This document shows, piece by piece, positions 28,136 through 36,783 of a stretch of 64,000 bases of DNA (position 1 is the stretch's first letter; each line of letters opens with the position of its first letter). The stretch is taken from the IMG/VR virus record IMGVR_UViG_3300021478_000002, positions 6,798 through 70,797 of that record. One strand, written 5' to 3'. The position numbers and the translations under genes were made by a program. The notes beneath the pieces were generated by a model. That model did not search any database and was not told where the DNA came from. It worked only from the letters and a program-made list of their open reading frames with translations. The stretch is from a virus.

Positions 28136-28356
28136 GCCGCCGCCGTCAATGGGGTGAGGATTCCACCGCGAGCATCGATCTTTCATCAGGTGGGTCAGTC
28201 ACCCTGAGCTTCAAAGGAAATCTGTTCGACCTGTCGGCTGACGAGCGGAAACTGATAAGCGATCTGTCGGCCATCATCCAGACGTACAGGGATGCCGAGC
28301 AGGAGCCGGGCCGACTTGCACCGGCGCTGCCGGTCAGGGAGGTACAGCATGGCTAA
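28132..28356 (+). CDS. Hypothetical protein
   Basis: ATGA coupling. Confidence 0.55.
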   Translation: MSRRRQWGEDSTASIDLSSGGSVTLSFKGNLFDLSADERKLISDLSAIIQTYRDAEQEPGRLAPALPVREVQHG

Positions 28357-28567
28357 GATGTGCGAGCCGCAAATCGACGCCGATCTCGAAATCGCGGAAC
28401 AGGCGGAGAAGGAAACCCTGGCGCAACTCGCGATTATCCGGCTGATGAAGCCGCTCACGCAGGAGCAGCGCGGGCGTGTTTTCCGAGCCATTCTCCACCT
28501 TCTGGAGGCCGACAAGCTGGTGCCGGGCGTGATCGATGCCTTCAGGCAGCCGGAGGTGCACCGGTGA
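28349..28567 (+). CDS. Hypothetical protein
   Basis: GGAGG RBS before ATG 28349. Confidence 0.55.
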   Translation: MAKMCEPQIDADLEIAEQAEKETLAQLAIIRLMKPLTQEQRGRVFRAILHLLEADKLVPGVIDAFRQPEVHR

Positions 28568-28737
28568 AGCTACATCAGATGGTCGAGGATTTCGCCGACA
28601 AGTGGGGGCCCAGCAGGCCTGCCAGATATCAGAACTTTGTGTTCGAGCTGCGCGAGCTGCTGGAGGCGTATGGCCGGGCCGCGCTCCAGCATGAGAGTCT
28701 GCCCGACACCGACCACGAGCACGGAGATCCGGTATGA
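28564..28737 (+). CDS. Hypothetical protein
   Basis: GGAGG RBS; GTGA coupling. Confidence 0.5.
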   Translation: MKLHQMVEDFADKWGPSRPARYQNFVFELRELLEAYGRAALQHESLPDTDHEHGDPV

Positions 28738-28964
28738 AGAAACTCTCCATGCGCTCGGCGATGCGTTGTGAGGCGGCGAAGACCGGGCGCTGCCGGTGCC
28801 GATGCGGCGGCCTGCTCCATGGCGCGGCCAGGGGCATGGACCCGGAGTACTTCGCGGCGCTGCCGGATGACGACCCGCACAAGGCGATGCAGCGCCAGGA
28901 AAAGAAGAGGCGCGTGCTGAAGCGCGACCGGGTGCCGCCGCTGTTTGAGGGAATTGAAGCGTGA
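28734..28964 (+). CDS. Small Cys-rich protein
   Basis: CEAA...CRCRCGG..HG; ATGA coupling. Confidence 0.55.
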   Translation: MKKLSMRSAMRCEAAKTGRCRCRCGGLLHGAARGMDPEYFAALPDDDPHKAMQRQEKKRRVLKRDRVPPLFEGIEA

Positions 28965-28968
28965 GCGT

Positions 28969-29427
28969 ATGGCGACGGCGACTTGCTACATACCGATTGT
29001 GTTGACGCCAGACGAGGTGTGTCTCGCTGCCCACCACGCCATCCAGCGCCGCCGGGCGAAGCTGACCGGCGAGCGGCGGGATCGAGAGCAGGGGCAGCGG
29101 TCACTCTGGGACAACGAAGTCGAGGGCGCGTGCGCGGAGCTGGCCTTCTGCAAATTCCATCGGATCTATTGGTCCGGTGTGACGGGGCTCAGGGCGAGGG
29201 ATGGCGGCGTGGAGGAAGTCCGCTGGACGCGCCACGACGAAGGCGGCCTAATCCTCTATACCAACGACCGTGACGATGCGCGCATGGTGCTGATGGATGG
29301 CCATGCGCCGAACTTTCGCATCATCGGCTGGCTGTACGGTCGCGAAGGGAAAGTCGATCAATACCGCGATCCGGCAGGGTATTTTCTGGTGCCGCGCCGG
29401 ATACTGCGGTCCTACATGGAGGCGTGA
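28969..29427 (+). CDS. Putative PD-(D/E)XK-like nuclease
   Basis: GACAELAF...D....EVR pattern; inference. Confidence 0.5.
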   Translation: MATATCYIPIVLTPDEVCLAAHHAIQRRRAKLTGERRDREQGQRSLWDNEVEGACAELAFCKFHRIYWSGVTGLRARDGGVEEVRWTRHDEGGLILYTNDRDDARMVLMDGHAPNFRIIGWLYGREGKVDQYRDPAGYFLVPRRILRSYMEA

Positions 29428-29786
29428 TGGGCGATCAACGAACGTACGAACAGGTGAGGCGGAACTTTACCGACAAAGAGATGACCGACATGCACGATGC
29501 GCTGGTGCAGCGCGTGGGCGAGGTCAAAGATCTGCGCTCCGAAAAAACCCAGGCCAACGCCTCGATGAATGCCGCCATTAAGGGCACGGAGAAGGGCGTC
29601 TTCGACCTTCAGGAGAAACTGGCGCTGGGTTACGAGACGGTCGAGATCGAGGTGCTCGCCGTCATGGATAGGCCGACGGTCGGCACCAAGACCATCATCC
29701 GCGTCGATACGGGCCAGGAGCTGCGCACCGAGATAATGACGGCGCGCGAGAAGCAGCAGAGTTTCGGATTCGAAGAGCCGAAATAA
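29427..29786 (+). CDS. Hypothetical coiled-coil protein
   Basis: GGAGG RBS; coupled to previous gene. Confidence 0.6.
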   Translation: MGDQRTYEQVRRNFTDKEMTDMHDALVQRVGEVKDLRSEKTQANASMNAAIKGTEKGVFDLQEKLALGYETVEIEVLAVMDRPTVGTKTIIRVDTGQELRTEIMTAREKQQSFGFEEPK

Positions 29787-29857
29787 GGCATGGCAGGCGA
29801 GGCGAGGGATGGCGCGGACGGGCGTGGAGAAGCACGGCGGCGCAGGTTTGGGGCATG
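29787..29857 (+). repeat. Degenerate GGNNN pentamer tract
   Basis: ggcat ggca ggcga ggcga gggat ggcgc ggacg ggcgt ggaga... Confidence 0.65.
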
Positions 29858-29861
29858 ACGA

Positions 29862-31751
29862 GTGAGCTTGCGTCGGTTCTTTAATCGTAGAGAACGGCGC
29901 GCTTTGTTCCTGGCGGCAGAGGGCTACTGCCGTTGTGGCCTGGAACTCGAAAAGGGATGGCACGCCGATCATGTGGTCGCCTTCGCGGCGGGCGGCGAAA
30001 CAGACGTGTTCAATGGGGAAGCGCTCTGTCCAAAATGCAACCAACGGAAGGGGGGCAAAGGCATGGATTTACGCGAATGGCAGGGAAGATTTCTTAGGCA
30101 CTTCAGCGAGTTCATGGAGAAGCAGCGGGACTATCTGTTGGTGGCCACTCCCGGCTCTGGCAAGACGACGGGGGCCACCCATGCCTCGCTGCGTCTCCTG
30201 AATTCCAGAATTGCTGAACGCATAGTGGTCGTCGTGCCCACCGAATCGCTGAAAAACCAGTGGGCAAAGGCGGCACATAAATGCGCCCGACTATCGTTGA
30301 ACCCGGATTGGGCTGGCGATGCCCCTGAAGGACGAGACTTCCGTGGGGTTGTCGTTACGTACCACAGTCTCTCGTCCGCTTCGCAGCGCTCAATGCACGC
30401 GCAACTCTGTCGGCGGCGGAGAACAGCAGTGATTTTCGATGAAATACACCACCTGGGCGAAGGCGCGTGGGGCGTGGGGGCTCAACAAGCTTTCGGCCAT
30501 GCAGCGTTTCGGCTTGGGCTCTCAGGAACTCCCTTCCGGTCTGATGGTGTGCGAATACCCTTTGTCCGTTACGAACCGCATCAGGACGTGGAAGGTGCGG
30601 TCGAGTGTATCGCTGATTTTTCCTATAGCTACATGGATGCGATGCGCGCACGCCCGCAGGTGTGCCGTTTCGTCTATTTTCCGCGCCGAGAAGGGGAGGC
30701 GCATTGGATCGGGCGCAAGGGCGAGCAGCGGGCAGCGATTAGCGAGCAGATATCCAAGGATCTCGACAGTGAACGCCTGCGCGCCATTCTTGAGCCGTCG
30801 GGAGAATACATTCGAACCCTATTCCAACAGGCTGATGAAAAGCTCACGGAGTGCCGCGCCACCGGACATCGAAACGCGGGAGGACTGATCATAGCCTCTG
30901 ACGTATACGCTGCGGAACGCTACATGCGGGTGATTGAATCGATCACCGGCGAGAAGGCGATGCTCGTCGTCTCCAACCATGAAGAGGCCACCAGTATCGA
31001 TGCTTTTAGGGGCTCGACATGCCGCTGGTTGGTAGCCGTCCGTATGGTTAGTGAGGGCGTCGACATCGACCGCTTGCGGACACTCGTTTATGCGACCGAC
31101 TACCGGACGGAGCTGTATTTCCGGCAAGCCGTAGGCCGGGTAGTTCGCATGACCGACGGGATCACCAATCAACCGGCGTACGTCTTTATCCCTGACGACA
31201 AGCAACTGCGCGAGTGGGCTACGAACATCGAGAACGAAGTCAATCAGATCTTGCGCGAACGGGAGCGGGAACCTAAAACCGGCGGCAATCCTAACGGCGG
31301 CTCGTTGAGTAACGGCGTGTTCCATGTCCTAAATACCAGCGCGGCGACCGACGCCGGGACGATAGCGCCGGGAGTTACGTATACGCCCGAAGAAATTGCT
31401 GAGGCCAGAACACTGCGCAGCGAGTTTGGGATCTCCGAGGCGCATGAAGAGCAAATCGCCCATATGCTGCGGGCACACGATAATCGCAAAGGAACAGAAT
31501 CGACGCCGGGTCCGGTGCTGGCTGAGGACGAGCCTCCCCACGTCAAACTGGCTCGTCTTAGGCGGGAATGCTCGAAGCTGGCCAACCGGCTCGACAAAAT
31601 ACTTGAACGCGAACCCGGTGAAACGCACGCCGAATGGAGAAGGCAAGGTGGCATGCCGCAAGGGGGGGCCTCAATAGATGATCTCGAAAAGAAAAAGAAA
31701 TGGCTCGTTCAGCGAGTCGCACAATTTGCCGATGGCTCAGGAGATGAATGA
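29862..31751 (+). CDS. HNH endonuclease fused to SF2 (DExH, ResIII-like) helicase
   Basis: C.CG...HADHVVAFAAGG.T...N...LCPKCN then LREWQ, ATPGSGKT, FDEIHH, SGTP, MVSEGVD, QAVGRVVR. Confidence 0.9.
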   Translation: MSLRRFFNRRERRALFLAAEGYCRCGLELEKGWHADHVVAFAAGGETDVFNGEALCPKCNQRKGGKGMDLREWQGRFLRHFSEFMEKQRDYLLVATPGSGKTTGATHASLRLLNSRIAERIVVVVPTESLKNQWAKAAHKCARLSLNPDWAGDAPEGRDFRGVVVTYHSLSSASQRSMHAQLCRRRRTAVIFDEIHHLGEGAWGVGAQQAFGHAAFRLGLSGTPFRSDGVRIPFVRYEPHQDVEGAVECIADFSYSYMDAMRARPQVCRFVYFPRREGEAHWIGRKGEQRAAISEQISKDLDSERLRAILEPSGEYIRTLFQQADEKLTECRATGHRNAGGLIIASDVYAAERYMRVIESITGEKAMLVVSNHEEATSIDAFRGSTCRWLVAVRMVSEGVDIDRLRTLVYATDYRTELYFRQAVGRVVRMTDGITNQPAYVFIPDDKQLREWATNIENEVNQILREREREPKTGGNPNGGSLSNGVFHVLNTSAATDAGTIAPGVTYTPEEIAEARTLRSEFGISEAHEEQIAHMLRAHDNRKGTESTPGPVLAEDEPPHVKLARLRRECSKLANRLDKILEREPGETHAEWRRQGGMPQGGASIDDLEKKKKWLVQRVAQFADGSGDE

Positions 31752-32391
31752 AGAGCCGCCCCGCGAATTACTCGCAAACGGGGATGTGGTATTCGATCTC
31801 GCGGAGACGGCTCGCGCCGACGCCGCTGCCTTGAAAGATGCACCGAAAATGGTCCGCAAGACTCTGGAGCGGGGGGCGTGGCGAAAGTTCGCGGACCCGT
31901 ACAGCAAGGCCGTCTTCGAATATGGGCCGGATGAGTTCGAGAAATTCACGCTGGCGAAGCGGCCTGCTGGCCTGGAATTGCCGGAAGGCATCAAGACCCT
32001 GATTGGCATTTGCGAATTGGCGAAAGGCGACGAGGACGCGGCGGCGGCGCTCGTGATATTGCGCGGGCTGGAGCCAAAGGCAGATACCCACGCCGAAGCT
32101 GGAGCGAAAGGCGGCAGGGGCAAGAAAGCTCCTGATAATATCAGGGGCTTTTCAGAGTACGGTACTTCCGATACCTACCTGCTGCGTCGTCTGAAGCGCG
32201 ACCATGCCGACCTTGCGGCGAAGGTTGTGAGCGGCGAGATGAGCGCCCACGCTGCCGGAGTCGAGGCGGGCTTCGTAAAACTGATGGTTCAGCACGAGCC
32301 GACCGTTACCGGGTTCGCGCGTGCAGCCAAAAAGCACCTGACTGATGCCGACCGACTGCAACTGGCGAAACATCTTGAGGCAACCGGATGA
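31744..32391 (+). CDS. Hypothetical protein, possible DNA-binding
   Basis: GTSDTYLLRRLKRDHADLA..V.SGEMSAHAA..EAG motif; overlaps helicase stop. Confidence 0.65.
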   Translation: MNEEPPRELLANGDVVFDLAETARADAAALKDAPKMVRKTLERGAWRKFADPYSKAVFEYGPDEFEKFTLAKRPAGLELPEGIKTLIGICELAKGDEDAAAALVILRGLEPKADTHAEAGAKGGRGKKAPDNIRGFSEYGTSDTYLLRRLKRDHADLAAKVVSGEMSAHAAGVEAGFVKLMVQHEPTVTGFARAAKKHLTDADRLQLAKHLEATG

Positions 32392-32573
32392 AACCTCCAG
32401 AGGACAAGAAGCCGCCGTTATCGCGCGCCGACATGGAGACCATCATCCGTATTGGCCGCGAGCGCGCCGTGCTGCTGGCGCGCCTGAAGGAGGCCATCCT
32501 GACCGGCGACGGGCTGCTGGAGCACCAGCTCGCGCGTGAGCTGGTGGGCCTGCCCAAGGAGGCCACGCAGTGA
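32388..32573 (+). CDS. Hypothetical protein
   Basis: ATGA coupling. Confidence 0.55.
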   Translation: MKPPEDKKPPLSRADMETIIRIGRERAVLLARLKEAILTGDGLLEHQLARELVGLPKEATQ

Positions 32574-32764
32574 CGTCCCACTGGGTAAGCACCCTCGCAT
32601 TCACCATCCTGGTGAAGACCGACGGAGCGAAGATCGTGTTCACCGCGCCGCTGGTGAAGCGCTTCTACGGGCAGCCCGTCGGCAATCTGCTCAACTGGGC
32701 GATCCCCTTCGGCGGCCTGCGGCATACAACCTGGGAATCGGCGCAAAAATCACCGATGGGGTGA
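32570..32764 (+). CDS. Hypothetical protein
   Basis: AAGGAGG RBS; GTGA coupling. Confidence 0.5.
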   Translation: MTSHWVSTLAFTILVKTDGAKIVFTAPLVKRFYGQPVGNLLNWAIPFGGLRHTTWESAQKSPMG

Positions 32765-32810
32765 AATATTATTGACGTGCGCATGTAGTCGTGCAAAACT
32801 GGAATCCATG
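32758..32810 (+). promoter_or_regulatory. Leaderless-type promoter of integrase with inverted TTCACCCC box
   Basis: GGGGTGAA..TTGACG-17 bp-AAAACT-7 bp-ATG; no SD. Confidence 0.65.
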
Positions 32811-34559
32811 ATGCAACCAAACGAACTTCCCCCCGAGGTAATTTCCCTTATCAGATTCAGCACCGCCGAGCAGGTCGGCGAAGGCAAGGCCGGGATTGAC
32901 GGCCAGCGCCAAGTCAACCAGTCCAGCGCAGCTTACCACGGTCTCAAGATCCGCCGCGAGATGGTGGTCGTGGATGTGTCGGGTAAGCACGTCAAGGACG
33001 ACCCGCAGTTCCAGGCACTCTTCAAGGAGCTGGAGGACCCGACGCTCGCCGGTGTGGTCACATCCGAGCAGTCGCGCATCGTGCGTCCCGAGAGCTTTGA
33101 CGATTATCCGATCCTGGGCCACTTCCAGCGCAATAAGAAGTTGATCTATACGCCGACCGGGCGCATCGATCCCAACACGCCGGAAGGCCGCATGGCGCTC
33201 ACCGTCGGCGGCATGATGTCGGGCGAGGAGCTGCACAACCTGCGTAGCCGCTTCGCGCGCGGCAAGGCCACCAAACGCCTCGAAGGCAAGCACGTCGGCG
33301 GCAATCAGATGTTGCCCAAGACCGTGCGCTTCGTGCGCGAGCGCAACGCCGAAGGTGTGAAGACCGGCAAGTCGCACTGGGAGCTGGTACCGCTCGAAGC
33401 CGAGCGCATGAAGCGCGCCTTCCAGTTGCTTCTGGAGGGTCACAGCTACGAGACCATCGCGGAGATGGTCGGTGGCTGGACTGGCAGCGGCCTGCACCGC
33501 GCCTTCATGAACCCGATCCACATCGGCATCCGCCGCTGCGAGTGGACCGTGGGCGCGGAGTATCTGCCGGAGCCGACCGTCAAGAACCCGACGCCGAAAA
33601 AGCGCCGCTATCTGATCAAGCGCGCCGCGCCGCTCGACGTGCCCACGCGCCAGGAGTTGGAGTCGGGCGCGAAGCCGCCGGTCGTGGAGCCGATCATCTC
33701 TCTCGCCGATTGGGATCGCGCGCAGGAGATCATTGCCGCACGCATGAGCCACTGGCGCAAGGGCAAGCTCAAGAACGAAGGCCGCGACCGTGGCGTAGCG
33801 ACCGGCATCGCGGACTGCTCCTGCGGCATGCCGCTCTACATGAAGTACGGCTCGCGCGGCTCGCACACCGACGCCTACATCTGCAAGTCGCGTCACCCGA
33901 GGGGCAAGGGCTGCGGCATGAAATCGATCAAGCGCATCGACCTCGACGCGGCCATCGCGCAAACCATAATGATGCTCGCCGACGCCAGCTTCGTGATGTC
34001 GGCGCTGGAGGCCGCGCTGGCGCTACAGGTGGCCGTTCCCGATCCGGCGCGCGTGCAACGCGAACTGGCGCTCGCCAAGCTCGAAAGCGGGCGCAAGGAA
34101 ATGATTGTTATGGTGCGCAAGGGCGAGATGACGCGCGACGAATTCCGCGAGCAGATGGGCGCGCTGGAGATGGAGGTCCGCGCACTCGAAGCTCTAGTCC
34201 CGGCACCGGCACCGAAGGTGGATGCGAGGCAGCTCGTGGAGCTGGTGGTGGCGGTCTTCACTGAGTTCGCCTTCCTGGCGTTCGTTCAACAGCGTGAGGT
34301 CTTGCGCGGAGCCGTGCGCAGCATTATTGTGGATGGGCATGCGAGGGCGATTACGACTGTGACCATCGACGGGGGATACCTGGGACGCGGCGCTAATTCA
34401 GTACTGCATTCAAGAGCGCAGTACGGAATTAACTCCATTCCCGATCTGACGATTCGGTTCCCCGAACCGTTCATGATTCCAGACACTTACGTGGACCGGC
34501 GCACAGCCAACGGGCATCACCCCGCGAGCATCGCCAGCCGGTGGGAGTCGGTCCAATGA
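32808..34559 (+). CDS. Large serine recombinase (integrase)
   Basis: IRFST.EQ catalytic Ser, DVSG, SRI.R, recombinase domain, Zn ribbon CSCG...YIC...C, coiled coil. Confidence 0.93.
   Translation: MMQPNELPPEVISLIRFSTAEQVGEGKAGIDGQRQVNQSSAAYHGLKIRREMVVVDVSGKHVKDDPQFQALFKELEDPTLAGVVTSEQSRIVRPESFDDYPILGHFQRNKKLIYTPTGRIDPNTPEGRMALTVGGMMSGEELHNLRSRFARGKATKRLEGKHVGGNQMLPKTVRFVRERNAEGVKTGKSHWELVPLEAERMKRAFQLLLEGHSYETIAEMVGGWTGSGLHRAFMNPIHIGIRRCEWTVGAEYLPEPTVKNPTPKKRRYLIKRAAPLDVPTRQELESGAKPPVVEPIISLADWDRAQEIIAARMSHWRKGKLKNEGRDRGVATGIADCSCGMPLYMKYGSRGSHTDAYICKSRHPRGKGCGMKSIKRIDLDAAIAQTIMMLADASFVMSALEAALALQVAVPDPARVQRELALAKLESGRKEMIVMVRKGEMTRDEFREQMGALEMEVRALEALVPAPAPKVDARQLVELVVAVFTEFAFLAFVQQREVLRGAVRSIIVDGHARAITTVTIDGGYLGRGANSVLHSRAQYGINSIPDLTIRFPEPFMIPDTYVDRRTANGHHPASIASRWESVQ
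34389..34436. other. Candidate attP site (48-bp imperfect dyad inside integrase ORF)
   Basis: GGCGCTAATTCAGTACTGC attcAAgagc GCAGTACGGAATTAACTCC; arms 16/19 complementary; central AA at 34412-34413. Confidence 0.65.
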
Positions 34560-34807
34560 CCGGCCAACCGAGCTTAACAGTACAGCGGAGCCCCTACGGG
34601 GGCTCCGTTTGCATTTTGGGGGACCGCTGGGCCCGGCTGAACTACCCGCAAGGGAAGAAGCGCTGGCACGCTACGAACGGCCACCGGGCCATCTGCGGAT
34701 CGGTGGAGTTCGACCATCCACGGGCCGAGTTCAGCGCGGTGAAGCCGGAGCGCGGCAGACTCTGCAAGCGCTGTGTGGCAATCCTGGCGTCTACAGGGGG
34801 TCTGTGA
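34556..34807 (+). CDS. Hypothetical Zn-binding protein
   Basis: ATGA overlap with integrase stop; WH...ICG...CKRC. Confidence 0.55.
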   Translation: MTGQPSLTVQRSPYGGSVCILGDRWARLNYPQGKKRWHATNGHRAICGSVEFDHPRAEFSAVKPERGRLCKRCVAILASTGGL

Positions 34808-35130
34808 TGCGCAGCCCGTCTGCTCGCCCGGCCTGGATTCGCTGCCCCGAGGGATGCGAGGACTACTGGTGCCAGATCCACCAGCAACACGTTTTTCAGT
34901 GCGACTGTCCTCCCGTCGAGGAGTGGGAGGAAGATCCCTACGTCACCGGCGCACCGGTGAAGTGCAGCGTGTGTCAGGACGACGGCTGGCTCGCCTACCC
35001 TACCTGGGCCGACGAGGAGAAAAAAGTGATCCGCATCCGCAAGGTCGCCTGCCCGCGAGGCTGTCCGCTGGCCGACCCGGATGAAAAGGGCGTCCTGCCT
35101 GCGTTCGACGGCGGAGGTGCCACAGCATGA
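34807..35130 (+). CDS. Cys-rich hypothetical protein
   Basis: Multiple Cys/His motifs; TGATG coupling. Confidence 0.55.
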   Translation: MRSPSARPAWIRCPEGCEDYWCQIHQQHVFQCDCPPVEEWEEDPYVTGAPVKCSVCQDDGWLAYPTWADEEKKVIRIRKVACPRGCPLADPDEKGVLPAFDGGGATA

Positions 35131-35330
35131 ACACGCCGATCAATCCTGGGAATACCGGAATTGGCACCACCAGCCCGCAACACCTACTGCACATCTCCCA
35201 GCCGCCGCCTTGGCGCTCGAAACTCTGGATTACTCCTGAGTTCGCGTGCGACTTCACGCACGACGCGCCAAACCGCTGGCGGCGCTTCTGGTATTGGGCG
35301 CTGCTCGGCTGGCGCTGGAGCAAGCCATGA
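35127..35330 (+). CDS. Small protein carrying one tail-fibre-type repeat
   Basis: GGAGG RBS; GNTGIGTTSPQHLLHI. Confidence 0.55.
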   Translation: MNTPINPGNTGIGTTSPQHLLHISQPPPWRSKLWITPEFACDFTHDAPNRWRRFWYWALLGWRWSKP

Positions 35331-35406
35331 ACACTTCCGGTCTAGCCAGGGGTAAGGGCGTACTCGTACACGCTGGTCTGATGTGGAGCGCCGCCGGAGA
35401 TCGCCC

Positions 35407-35601
35407 ATGAGCACCCTGGTGTGGAGTGACAGCAGCATCAGCGAATGCCCCGGCTGTGGTGCAACCGTGGTCGTCGGCATCATGTCGCTGTGCGCTACCT
35501 GCGCCTGCGGCATGTACTACGTGGACGCTGACGGATGGCGCGGCTGGTATTACTCACCCGCACACTTTGCGGGTGGCGGCGAGCCCGTGGGGAGGCCCTG
35601 A
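35407..35601 (+). CDS. Small Zn-finger protein
   Basis: CPGC...CATCACG. Confidence 0.5.
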   Translation: MSTLVWSDSSISECPGCGATVVVGIMSLCATCACGMYYVDADGWRGWYYSPAHFAGGGEPVGRP

Positions 35602-35745
35602 ATGTATTGGGATCACGAGCGCTTCCAGACCCACTGCCGATTCTGCAATAAAACGCTGGAGGCCGATTCGGCGGCGGAAGCCATCGAGCTGGTCGAGGAG
35701 CACGAAAAAACCGACTGTCCGAAAAGAAAGGTCGTGGCGAAATGA
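35602..35745 (+). CDS. Small Zn-finger protein (47 aa, below ORF-track cutoff)
   Basis: GGAGG RBS; CRFC...H....C. Confidence 0.5.
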   Translation: MYWDHERFQTHCRFCNKTLEADSAAEAIELVEEHEKTDCPKRKVVAK

Positions 35746-36071
35746 GACACTGCGCGCAAGGCCACTTCATCCCCGAAGACAAGCTGACCTGTCCCGAGTG
35801 CGCCACGGCGCGCGGCGAGGAGGCCTTCCATAGCCTGCAGCTCGAATTCCTGCGCAAGGCGGCAGACGGCGAGCATAACTACACGCTGCGCGTTGCCAAG
35901 GGCCCCGACCGGCACGTGCTGATGTACACGTCGTGGGTACGCACCTTCTGCGGGCAGGAACTGAAGACGAAGCCGCAGATTGCATACGAGGCACTCGACG
36001 CCAACGCGCTCTCCAGGGTCTGCGCCGGATGCCGTATCGAAATTACCCGTGCGCTCCAGGAGGTTTCATGA
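35742..36071 (+). CDS. Cys-rich hypothetical protein
   Basis: CAQGH...CPEC...CAGC. Confidence 0.55.
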   Translation: MRHCAQGHFIPEDKLTCPECATARGEEAFHSLQLEFLRKAADGEHNYTLRVAKGPDRHVLMYTSWVRTFCGQELKTKPQIAYEALDANALSRVCAGCRIEITRALQEVS

Positions 36072-36280
36072 GGCGCTTTGCACTTTGCGAACACAAGCGG
36101 GTCATCGTCGCGGGCGCGGTGCGCGTCCATGCGCGCCTCAGGGCGTTGCGCTGCGGTGAGTGGCCCATCGTAGGCGTTTTTCAACTGGACGAAGGCGAGT
36201 GGACGGAGCTGGCGCAGCTCTGCTCTGAACTTGGGATCGCGGTGACACAAGATGTCGAAGAATCCGCAATTCAAACTTAG
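36068..36280 (+). CDS. Hypothetical protein
   Basis: AGGAGG RBS; ATGA coupling. Confidence 0.5.
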   Translation: MRRFALCEHKRVIVAGAVRVHARLRALRCGEWPIVGVFQLDEGEWTELAQLCSELGIAVTQDVEESAIQT

Positions 36281-36617
36281 GCCGCCAGTTCTGAAGCTGT
36301 CGGAGAACGACGTCGAAAGCGGCTGCCTGGATATCCTGCGTCTGCGCAACTACTGGCCCGTGCGGCTGCACGCCGGGCTTTTCAAGAGCGCAGACGGGAA
36401 GCGCTGGATTCGCGGTGTTGAGAAGGGCACCCCGGATTATCTGGCGGTGCGCCCGCCGAGCTTCTTCATGGAAACGAAGCGACCGGATGGCATCCTGAGC
36501 GACGACCAGAAGCGGAAGATCGACCACCTCCAGAGATTTTTCGGGCTCGAAACCATCGTGGTGGAAGGTGCCGAGGAACTGCTCGCGTGGTTGGAACGCC
36601 GTGATCGCAGCCCGTAA
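36252..36617 (+). CDS. VRR-NUC domain nuclease
   Basis: SENDVE...GTPDY...FMETKRPDG.LS.DQ. Confidence 0.85.
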   Translation: MSKNPQFKLRPPVLKLSENDVESGCLDILRLRNYWPVRLHAGLFKSADGKRWIRGVEKGTPDYLAVRPPSFFMETKRPDGILSDDQKRKIDHLQRFFGLETIVVEGAEELLAWLERRDRSP

Positions 36618-36654
36618 AAAAAGCGCGGGTGCCTACTCGATAAGCACCCGCGTT
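36616..36654 (-). terminator. Putative intrinsic terminator (minus strand)
   Basis: A-run then GCGCGGGTGC/GCACCCGCGT hairpin. Confidence 0.45.
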
Positions 36655-36783
36655 CGGTGGTCCCAGTGATCCTGCGATGCCGTCACCCGGCATTGCAAAA
36701 CCCAGTCCAGGATACGGGTCCTCATCCTCCCCCGAGGACGAAGCTTATTTGGCAACGAAGACGGCACTCAGAAAGGAAATCTT

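Noticed and set aside
36716-36722. GGGTCCT as cosQ upstream of the initiator
   Set aside because: No cosN-like dyad at a suitable distance and far from packaging genes; likely chance
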